Assembly (NCBI GenBank): GCA_013372845.1
Contig: JAALOD010000002.1
Coordinates: forward strand, 29,428-90,688
DNA from: Candidatus Udaeobacter sp.
GTDB taxonomy: Bacteria > Verrucomicrobiota > Verrucomicrobiia > Chthoniobacterales > UBA10450
Direction: 5' to 3'
DNA: 61,261 nt
Part shown: positions 9,988 through 17,858 of the stretch, in pieces
Numbering within the stretch: position 1 is the first letter of the stretch
How the letters are laid out: each line of letters starts with the position of its first letter
Notes under the pieces: model-generated
What the model saw: the letters and a program-made list of their open reading frames with translations, nothing else
What the model was told of the DNA's origin: nothing
Database searches by the model: none
Translations under genes and position numbers: made by a program

Positions 9988-10724
9988 AAGCCATTATCTA
10001 CGCCGCGGGGCGCGGAACTCGTTTGCAATCGGACTCGCCGAAAATCCTTCTCGAATTCGGCGGGCGAACGCTGCTGGAGTGGCACGCGTTGCGGTTACGT
10101 GAGGCCGGCGTGCGCGACGTCGTGCTGGTGACCGGCCATCTTCGCGAGCAGATCGCAGAATTGCTTCCCGGCATTTGCGTCCGGCACGACATTGCGGTAC
10201 GCGAGATTGTGAATCCACGCTTTCGAGAGGGGAGTTTGCTCAGCCTGAAACTCTCGCTTCCAGAAATCGAAAACAGCTCCGAGCCTCTCTTGTTGATGGA
10301 TGCCGATGTGTTTTATCCAACCGGGATGCTCGACCGTCTCACCGGATCGGTACACCCCACTGCATTACTGCTGGATCGTGAATTCTCCACCAACGACGAT
10401 GATCCCATGCTCGTGCCGGTAAAAAACGGACGACCGATCGACTTTCGCAAGCAATGGAGCGGCGACGCCGAGTTCGTGGGCGAATCAATCGGTTTCTTCA
10501 AGATCGCTCCGGTTGATTTTCCCCTTCTGATTAAGGAGACACGGGCGCGAAGTCGTGGCTCCAGTTGCGCGGATTCCTACGATGATGTCTTAAGGACGTT
10601 GGTGCTTGCCGGGCGATTCGGATACGAAGACGTGACCGGACTGCCGTGGATCGAGATCGACTTTCCGGCGGATGTCATCCAAGCTCGAAAGCAACTAGTT
10701 CCAGCGATCATTCGATCTGCATGA
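9984..10724 (+). CDS. Nucleotidyltransferase (LicC / phosphocholine- or phosphonate-cytidylyltransferase-like)
   Basis: 246 aa. MKAIIYAAGRGTRL is the GxGtRL signature. There are ATGA overlaps with both neighbours. Confidence 0.8.
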   Translation: MKAIIYAAGRGTRLQSDSPKILLEFGGRTLLEWHALRLREAGVRDVVLVTGHLREQIAELLPGICVRHDIAVREIVNPRFREGSLLSLKLSLPEIENSSEPLLLMDADVFYPTGMLDRLTGSVHPTALLLDREFSTNDDDPMLVPVKNGRPIDFRKQWSGDAEFVGESIGFFKIAPVDFPLLIKETRARSRGSSCADSYDDVLRTLVLAGRFGYEDVTGLPWIEIDFPADVIQARKQLVPAIIRSA

Positions 10725-11111
10725 TGCCGCACGATCTTCATCATTTTTTCGTCGGACAACATGTCTTCGTCACTGGCGCATCCGGTTTTATCGGCGGCCA
10801 TGTGGCGTCGTTGTTAATTCAGGCCGGCGCTCATGTTCGGGCGCTCACGAGATCGACAAAAAGGGGGCTACGACAGTGCGATCGATTGGGTGGAGGGCGA
10901 TCTCCTAGCTCGGGATTCGATTGACGCAGCGATGAAGGACTGCCGATACGTTTTTCACGTCGCGGGTGACTATCGGTTTTGGGCGCGCAATCCGCGTGAG
11001 ATTTTTGCCAACAATGTGCAGGGAACTATCAATCTTTTGGAAACAGCGAAGTGTTGCGGGGTAGAAAAAATCGTTTGTACGAGCACGACCGGAATTCTTC
11101 CTGACGGCAAT
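10721..11111 (+). pseudogene. 5' third of an hpnA-like NAD-dependent epimerase/dehydratase (SDR), interrupted
   Basis: MMPHDLHHFFVGQHVFVTGASGFIGGHVASLLIQAGAHVRALTR, then one frameshift near the A5/G5 run at ~10860, then IDWVEGDLLARDSIDAAMKDCRYVFHVAGDYRFWARNPREIFANNVQGTINLLETAKCCGVEKIVCTSTTGILPDGN. SDR similarity ends at 11111 and the remainder resumes at 14437. Confidence 0.75.
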
Positions 11112-11131
11112 CATTGCCGCAGCATCGCTGA

Positions 11132-11416
11132 TTGAAGTGTGGTGGCGAGGCGGAGGCGATTGGCGAATCCATCGGCTTTTTTCGCGTGGCGGCCTCGGAC
11201 ATTCCTCTCCTGATCGAGGAGACGAAAGCTCGACTTAGTGGGGCCGGCCGGAGGGAATCTTATGACAATATTCTTCGGGCGCTCGTTAGAGCCGGCAGGT
11301 TCTTCGCGGAAGATATAACGGGTATTCCGTGGACCGAAATCGATTTTCCCGAGGATGTCGCGTATGCGAATAATATCATCCTTACGGCGCTACAGGATAG
11401 GGCGGTGAGATTATGA
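11132..11416 (+). pseudogene. C-terminal fragment (~90 aa) of a second LicC-like nucleotidyltransferase
   Basis: GEAEAIGESIGFFRVAASDIPLLIEETKARL..SYDNILRALVRAGRFFAEDITGIPWTEIDFPEDV aligns with the C-terminus of the 9984-10724 product (roughly half to 60% identical by eye). No N-terminal GxGtRL part is present. Confidence 0.75.
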
Positions 11417-11462
11417 AGCGCCCCGGTTCCAACTGCGCCCTGCACAAAGCGTCCGCAACCCA

Positions 11463-12467
11463 ATGATCAATAGGCCTATTCACGTTGTTGGCGCAGGAGG
11501 AATCGGGGTTGCTCTGGCGTGGTCGTTGTGTCGCGCTGGCTGTAGTGTGACGGTTGTGGATGCCGATCCGCAAAAAGTCGAGCACGGACGGCGCGAAGGT
11601 TTGACTGTGGTCGGGCACGGGACAGAGCAGGCATCGTTCACGCTTTTTGAAAACTGGTTGCTCCCAACCGATGCGCTGGTTCTTTTATGCACTAAGACCT
11701 ATAACAACGCCGCGGTGCTTGCCGTATTGCCTGAGACATCGCGCCTTGTGCCCGTGCAGAACGGCTTCGATCCAAAACTTGATCAGCGAAATCATGCGGC
11801 CGAAGGAATTGCATCGTTTGTCTCGGAATGTTTGCGCGATCGGCCCGTCACACGCATCACCCGCCCCGGCGACCTCCACCTGGGTGCGCGGCGTAGTGTG
11901 TCTGCCGCTGAGAAAAATGATCTTGCCGAGTTGGCTCACGCACTTTCGCCAGGCGCGCTATTTGCTGTCCAATCGGTAGACGACGTCAGGCCGTACAAAG
12001 CGACAAAGCTGATGTACAATGCCGCCATCTCGCCTCTTGCGGCGGCGGCGGGTGTCGACAATGGTGAACTGCTAACCGACCCGGTGGCTAAGCGGCTTTT
12101 CTTTGGCTTGCTGCGAGAAAACTACACTATCCTTCGTCACGCTCGCATACCTTTGTCGAAGATTGGTCCCTTTCATCCGGACACCGTCTCACTTATTCTC
12201 AGAATCCCGGGTTTGCCCTCGATCATGGGTGCTTTCTTTCGTCCGTCTTTGCGGGGCACCTATTGTTCGATGGCTCCTGATATGGTCACCGACCGAACCG
12301 AGATCGATGCATACAATGGACACCTGATTCGGCTTGCGGGCGGATTGCCTTGTCCTCTGAACCGTGCCGCTTTTGCGCTCGTCAATAAGATCGTTCGCGA
12401 CCGGCTGATACCCGGGCGTGCCCATCTGCATGAATTGGAGGGAGCCCTGAAAGGAGAACCGGTATGA
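11463..12467 (+). CDS. Ketopantoate reductase (ApbA/PanE) family oxidoreductase
   Basis: 334 aa. Rossmann motif IHVVGAGGIGVALA; C-terminal domain KATKLMYNAAISPL..CSMAPDMVTDRTEIDAYNG is typical of the family. Confidence 0.7.
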   Translation: MINRPIHVVGAGGIGVALAWSLCRAGCSVTVVDADPQKVEHGRREGLTVVGHGTEQASFTLFENWLLPTDALVLLCTKTYNNAAVLAVLPETSRLVPVQNGFDPKLDQRNHAAEGIASFVSECLRDRPVTRITRPGDLHLGARRSVSAAEKNDLAELAHALSPGALFAVQSVDDVRPYKATKLMYNAAISPLAAAAGVDNGELLTDPVAKRLFFGLLRENYTILRHARIPLSKIGPFHPDTVSLILRIPGLPSIMGAFFRPSLRGTYCSMAPDMVTDRTEIDAYNGHLIRLAGGLPCPLNRAAFALVNKIVRDRLIPGRAHLHELEGALKGEPV

Positions 12468-13486
12468 AGAACTTGGTTACCGGGGGCGCCGGCTTTCTGG
12501 GGACTCATCTCGTCACCGAACTACTCGCGAGAGGGGAACCCGTTCGCGTGTTGGAAAGACCGGGGGCGGTGGTGGATCATCTGCCGCTGGACAAGATAGA
12601 ACTGGTTTTCAGCGACATCCGGGATAGTGCCACGGTGCAGAGGGCCACCACGGGGTGCAACTCCGTTTACCACCTGGCCGCGGATCCTAATCTGTGGCGC
12701 AGGGATCGTCAGGAATTCGACGCGGTTAACCATCTGGGAACGATCAATGTGATGGAGGCAGCTGTTCAGAGCGGCGCCCAACGGATCCTCCATACGAGCA
12801 CGGAAAGTATCCTTTCATCCGCGGACTTCAAGGGCGGTTCTGTCGAGCACTTGTTGAAGGAGGAAGATATGATCGGCCCTTACTGCCTGAGCAAGCTTCG
12901 GGCGGAACAAGCGGTTCACCGCATGATCGAAAAGGGAATTCCGATCGTGATCGTTACACCAACTCTACCCGTGGGCCCGGGTGATCGGAATCAAACACCG
13001 CCGACGCGAATGGCTGTCGCATTCTGTCGCGGAGAGTTACCTGCATATCTCGACTGCCGCTTCAACTTGGTCGATGCGAGAGATGTCGCCCAGGGAATGG
13101 TTCGGGCAATGGAACGTGGACGCCCCGGAATTCGGTACCTGCTCGGCGGAGCTAATCATCGCCTTCATGAGTGGCTGCAAATTCTTGGCCGCGCGGCGGG
13201 ACGCAAGGCGCCCCGTTGGAAAGTTCCGTTCGGTCTTGCGCTCACCGTGGGGTGGTTGAGTGAGCTTTGGGCTGACTACGTGACTGGCCGTATGCCAATG
13301 GCGACGCTTACCGGCGTCCGACTGGCGCGACGCTGCATGTATTTTGACCCGGCACCATCTCTCGCGGAGCTCGGTCTTAAACCGCGTTCGATCCAGGAGT
13401 CTGCCCGCGACGCGGTGACGTGGTACAGGGAACAGGGTTGGATCCCGCCTGGCTCGCCACCTGGCGCGAGCGCCACAGAACAATAA
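12464..13486 (+). CDS. NAD-dependent epimerase/dehydratase (hpnA / dihydroflavonol-reductase-like SDR), intact paralog
   Basis: 340 aa. LVTGGAGFLGTHL; HTSTESIL; catalytic YxxxK in GPYCLSKLRAE. ATGA overlap with the upstream gene. Confidence 0.8.
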   Translation: MKNLVTGGAGFLGTHLVTELLARGEPVRVLERPGAVVDHLPLDKIELVFSDIRDSATVQRATTGCNSVYHLAADPNLWRRDRQEFDAVNHLGTINVMEAAVQSGAQRILHTSTESILSSADFKGGSVEHLLKEEDMIGPYCLSKLRAEQAVHRMIEKGIPIVIVTPTLPVGPGDRNQTPPTRMAVAFCRGELPAYLDCRFNLVDARDVAQGMVRAMERGRPGIRYLLGGANHRLHEWLQILGRAAGRKAPRWKVPFGLALTVGWLSELWADYVTGRMPMATLTGVRLARRCMYFDPAPSLAELGLKPRSIQESARDAVTWYREQGWIPPGSPPGASATEQ

Positions 13487-14081
13487 TCAGGAAAAGCGGA
13501 GCGGCGATGGCGGACGCGACTAACAATGGTAACAAAACCTTGAGCCACGCACAGAATGAAACCAGAAACAGCGAATCATCGAGATCGAAGTAGATCGGAA
13601 GCTTGAATGCGGTGCTCGGATGAGTGCCGAGAGCGTGCAGCCGAAACACGATCAGGAAAGTCACTCCCACCGACAACCCTGCGACGCCCCCCATCACCGG
13701 GCCCCACCAGCCCATCTGTTCCCTTAGTCCGACGCCGATTCCAAGGAAAACCAGGACGTTCACGATCATGTCGCACGCCAGATCATACCAATGTCCACCC
13801 GGCGTAGCGCGGTCCGCCACGCGGGCCAGTTCTCCGTCAGCGCGATCGAGCATGGCCGAAATGAAAAAGATAGCTCCCCCCCACGCTGACCAAAAATAAT
13901 TTCCAACGCCAAAAGCCACGGCGGCCCCAATGCCCGTCAGGAGACGAAGATGCGTAATGTGATTCGGCATGATCGAGGTCTTAACCAGCGGGAGAATACA
14001 CCAGCGGGCCACCGCGTGCATTGGAGTTCGCGGGGGCGGAACGGACGTGGGAACAGCGGGTTCGGAGCGTCTTTTATTCAT
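13377..14081 (-). CDS. CDP-alcohol phosphatidyltransferase (second copy)
   Basis: Perfect motif in DRADGELARVADRATPGGHWYDLACD, and multiple TM helices. The start is uncertain (internal ATGs give MHAVARW.. and MPNHITHLRL..). The 3' end overlaps the convergent SDR gene by 110 nt. Confidence 0.75.
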   Translation of the reverse strand: MNKRRSEPAVPTSVPPPRTPMHAVARWCILPLVKTSIMPNHITHLRLLTGIGAAVAFGVGNYFWSAWGGAIFFISAMLDRADGELARVADRATPGGHWYDLACDMIVNVLVFLGIGVGLREQMGWWGPVMGGVAGLSVGVTFLIVFRLHALGTHPSTAFKLPIYFDLDDSLFLVSFCAWLKVLLPLLVASAIAAPLFLIIVLWRSRQVASQAGSNPVPCTTSPRRGQTPGSNAV

Positions 14082-14193
14082 TGTTTATCCACTTGAGTAC
14101 GCCCCATCTTGGCAGTTCGCACCGTATGCCCTCAAGTTTTTGCTGCGTTTACCGGAAATACTTGTCAGACTATCAGACGATAAATGAGTTGGT

Positions 14194-15162
14194 ATGGTGC
14201 TCGATGAAGCGTTTAAACTTTCGGCTCGGGACGAAGTCTTGCAACGGCCAGACATTCGCAAAACCGGAATTCATCCCAATTTCTGGTATCCGGTCGCTCG
14301 CTCAGACAACGTCAAAACGGGAAAACCTCACGGCGTTTCATTTGCCGGCGAGCCAATCGTTCTAGTCCGGACCGAATGCTGCTCGTGTCCAGACTTCGTT
14401 GATAATAAAAATGGTCTCTTCGCTAGATGCATCTTCGGCAACTTATTTATCGAGCTAGGAACGCCGGAGCGGCTGGCAAGTGAAGAGCGTCTTGCTTCGC
14501 CATCCCAATTCAAGGGACCCTACAAACGCTCCAAGTTTCTGAGTTATCTCGAAGTGAAAAAACGGGCGGACACTGGCTGGCCCATCGTAACCACGTTGCC
14601 CACCGCGCCCATCGGCCCGCACGACCTGAGACCGACGCCAACTGGAATGATCATAGTCGCATTTCTAAAGGGACGAATCCCGTTGCTTGCCCGTACGGGA
14701 CTCAACTTCGTCGACGTACGGGATTGCGCGCTCGGTCATCTTCTGACAATGGCGCGGGCTAAGTCCGGTGAGCGTTACTTGTTAGGCGGGATCAACCTGT
14801 GGTTGTGCGATTTTCTAAAGCGTGTCGAACCCTACTCGCGTCACCGCACGCCACGTTTTTATGCGCCCCATGGGCTCAGCTTTCTCACCGCTTGCGCCAG
14901 CGAAACTGCTGGCCGGTTTTGGCCGAATTGGACTCCGTTTGTGACGCGCGAATCCGTGCGAATGTCGCGCGGTCCACATTTTTCCAGCAATGCAAAGGCG
15001 GAAAACGAGCTCGGTTATGTTCCTAGCTCATCAATAGACCACGCTATTCATGATGCCGTGGAAGATTTCGTCGCGCGAGGTCTCGCGCCAGTGGCTGCCG
15101 ACCGATCAAAATGCCATGGCACGGAAGGCACAGGCGGTGTCCGTAGCTTCATTCCCAGATAA
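14194..15162 (+). pseudogene. Chimeric ORF: N-terminal ~60 aa of a Rieske-type oxygenase fused in frame to the C-terminal two-thirds of the interrupted hpnA-like SDR
   Basis: Residues 1-62 (GIHPNFWYPVARSDNVKTGKPHGVSFAGEPIVLVRTE) match the start of Rieske oxygenases but stop before the CxH..CxxH cluster. From 14437 onward GNLFIELGTPE..FKGPYKRSKFL..PTPTGMII..LNFVDVRDCALGH..GERYLLGG.. is colinear with the C-terminal part of the 12464-13486 product. Confidence 0.75.
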
Positions 15163-15361
15163 GTGGCAGTGAGATCCGTAGCTACTGTGGCGCGCCGCGG
15201 ATAAACGGACTATACCGCAGCCATCCATTCTTCCCGATCTTCGATCAAATAATTCCCAAGGCCTTGATAAGGCGCTTACGAGCCGGCTGTCGTTTCTCCT
15301 TCAGTTCAATCTTCGCATCCTCTGCGACCAAAGATTATGGTAACCGCCAGACCCAGGACGC

Positions 15362-16475
15362 TAACTTGTCCGCCGTCTTCGAAGACTAGAAAAAGCTAGC
15401 AGCAGGATGCCGAAATGCGCGCTTCATGGCGACGCGGCCGTCGCATTGCCTTATAGTCAACCGTAATCGTGCGAGTAAAGCAGCGGCGCCGTAAGCTGAC
15501 GCAGAGGATCAAGCAAAAAACGCCTAAAGCACCAGCGCCGACGCATCCATTGATAGTCAACCAGCGTTTGGATGACGTCGGTATCGCGTGCGCGAATCGA
15601 CACAGTTTCTCCGACCCGCAGCTTCTCGCCGAAGCAGTTGCGAAATTCTCCGATCCGCTGGTTGAGCGCCAACCTGACCAACTCCGGGGCTCGTATGTAA
15701 CTCCACCGCAACGAGCGCTCTCTCGCTTAAAAGCAAAAAGCGTGCGCTTAACCGGCTGAACCAGCCCTTCACGTCAGCAGACGTCCTGCGTTCTCCTTTC
15801 TTCCCGCTGAAGTGATTTTCGCTTTCGCGCCATCGCGAACTGCGTCCACATGTGCCACGAGTCATTCCAACGAACCAGTTTGAATGGTGCAACAGCTCAT
15901 CAACGAATACCCGTGCAGAGAAAAAGCGCAATCACTGCCCGTTAAAAGAAGTCGGCGTATTGCTCGTCAATTAACATGCAGTGTGCTTCCCAGTTCGTCA
16001 TTTTTGCGTGCCTCGCCCGCATTTGGTCGGGCATCCCAAGGGCACTCCTGAGTCGAAGCGAATTGCGTGCACGGTGTCTTCTGGTCAAACGGGAGTAGGC
16101 CCGTGGCGATAATGGAATGATTGATCGCTTCTGTCACGAACAACTCTTCCACGGCGGCGAAATTTTGTTTTCCTCGACACGCCGTTTCGCTTTCTAGTCC
16201 AAGAGAAATTCTTGCTCGTGATGAAAAATAAAATTCTTTTTTGTTCATTTTTTGCGTCGATTTTGGAAGCGATTTCAGTCTCGCCTGCTGGCGAGGCAGA
16301 AACCAGAGCGCATGTGAATAAGTTGCTGAACCTTTTCTGAGAAACTTTTACCAGCGAGAATGAACGAGACGAGAGCTTCCATAAATGAACTGACGGAGCG
16401 CAACGCCACCTGAAGCCCGATCTAATCAATCGCTAACGCTCAGCGCAGTCTATTTCGGGTCCCTCGCATTTACGC
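15362..16475 (-). repeat. Direct repeat unit A (~1.1 kb) with degenerate minus-strand coding content
   Basis: Aligns along its whole length with 16709-17740 with many indels. It contains minus-strand ORFs 15967-16248 and 15457-15711. The plus-strand left end carries the perfect palindrome GTCTTCGAAGAC (15375-15386). Confidence 0.8.
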
Positions 16476-16708
16476 ACTCGATCATCCATGGTATGGGTCC
16501 CCAGAAATAAGCCAGGAAGGCCGAAAGCGCTTTTCTTTCCTCAGGCAGCGCATTTGGTCCGCACTACTCAGATGTTCCGAAGTTGGCCGGGATTCAGACT
16601 GGTCGATCAGTCCGCTTCGTCAGAATTTCGGCGATGGTGGGATTGGCGGATCCCCGACATCAGATGCTGCCATGAACAACTCCTCGGCTCATTCGGTAGG
16701 AGACGTGA

Positions 16709-17740
16709 TAACTTGTCGGTCTTCGAAGACTAGAAAAAGCTAGCAGCAGCGATGCCGAAATGCGCGCTTCATGGCGACGCGGCGTTACATTGCCTTATAG
16801 TCAACCGTAATCGTGCGGTAAAGCAGCGGGCCGTGTTGGGCGAGAAGTAAAAGCTCAAGCATCGTCGCGCCGACCATCCATTGATAGCCAACCAGCGTCT
16901 GGATGACGTCGGTGTCAGTGTCGCGAACGTACACGGTTTCGTCCCGCTTTCGTCGAGTATTGCGAATTTCTCCCATCCGCTGGTTGTAGCGTTCAACCGA
17001 CCAATCCGGGTACTCGTATTGCAACTCCACCGCAACGAGCGCTCTGCTTAAAGTAAAAGCGTGCGCTTTAACCCGGATGAACCAGCCCTTCCACTGTCAG
17101 ACGTCCGGTTCTCCTTTTCTCCCGGAAGTGATTTCGCTTTGCGACATGCAGCACGCTCCACATGTGCCATCGAGTCATTCAACGAAAGCCGAATGGTGGC
17201 AACAGCTCATCAACGGAATACGCCTGTGCCGCAGAGAAAAAAGCGCAATCACGCTCGTTAAGAAGTCGGCGCATCGCTGGCCACAATTAATAATGCAGTT
17301 GCTTCCCAGTTCGTCATTTTGGTGTGCCTCGCCCGCATTTGGTCGGCATCCCAATGGCACTCGAGGTCGAAAATTGCGTGCACGTCAATTCGGTCAATCG
17401 AGAGCGCCATGGCGATGTGAATGGATTGATCGCTTCTGTCACGAACAACTCTGCGGCGAAATTTTTTTTTCCTCGGACACGCCTGTTCTCTCTTCTAGTC
17501 AGAAAATTTCTGTGATGAAAAATAAAATTCTTTTTTTCATTTTTTCTTGTCGATTTTGAAAGCGATTTCTATCTCAAGCCGCGGCGAGGCAGAAACAGAG
17601 CGCTGTGAATAAGTTGTGAACATTTCAGAACTTTTACGCGAGAATGAACGAGACGAAAGCTTCCCGAACAACGATGGAGCGCGCAACACCTGAAGCATCA
17701 ATATCGCTAACAGCGCAGTCTATTTCCCTCGTATTTACGC
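16709..17740 (-). repeat. Direct repeat unit B (~1.0 kb), a more fragmented copy
   Basis: Same order of blocks as unit A. ORF 16785-17030 (..VAVELQYEYPDWSVERYNQRMGEIRN..DTDVIQTLVGYQWM..) is the paralog of 15457-15711 (..NQRIGEFRN..DTDVIQTLVDYQWM..). Palindrome GTCTTCGAAGAC at 16719-16730. Confidence 0.8.
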
Positions 17741-17858
17741 CTTGACGTTTTCCTCAGGATCCTCACGAGTTACACTGGCATCTCGATGTGCCCGGTTTTC
17801 CGGCGATTTTCCGCGTATCAGCGAGTATGGCGATCGTGTAACACTGTTAACAATCGCT

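Noticed and set aside
14060-14200. oriC / DnaA-box cluster (TTATCCACT at ~14083; also scanned 17741-17858 and 19290-19323)
   Set aside because: I found only isolated near-consensus boxes, including single ones near 27061 and 29907. No clustered 9-mers or AT-rich unwinding element lie next to dnaA or dnaN, so the evidence is insufficient to call an origin.
11111-14436. The inserted block as a transposon, integron cassette or genomic island
   Set aside because: There is no integrase, transposase or attC-like site, and no inverted termini. Both ends cut through genes. The only shared feature is a 6-nt microhomology, which favours illegitimate recombination or misassembly.
15362-17740. Whether the two ~1-kb repeats could be a diversity-generating retroelement template/variable pair, or an IS element pair
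   Set aside because: - The differences between the copies are indels and all substitution types, not adenine-specific changes.
- No reverse transcriptase is nearby.
- I found no terminal inverted repeats and no recognisable transposase; a VERxNxR-like stretch is too weak to call a DDE enzyme.
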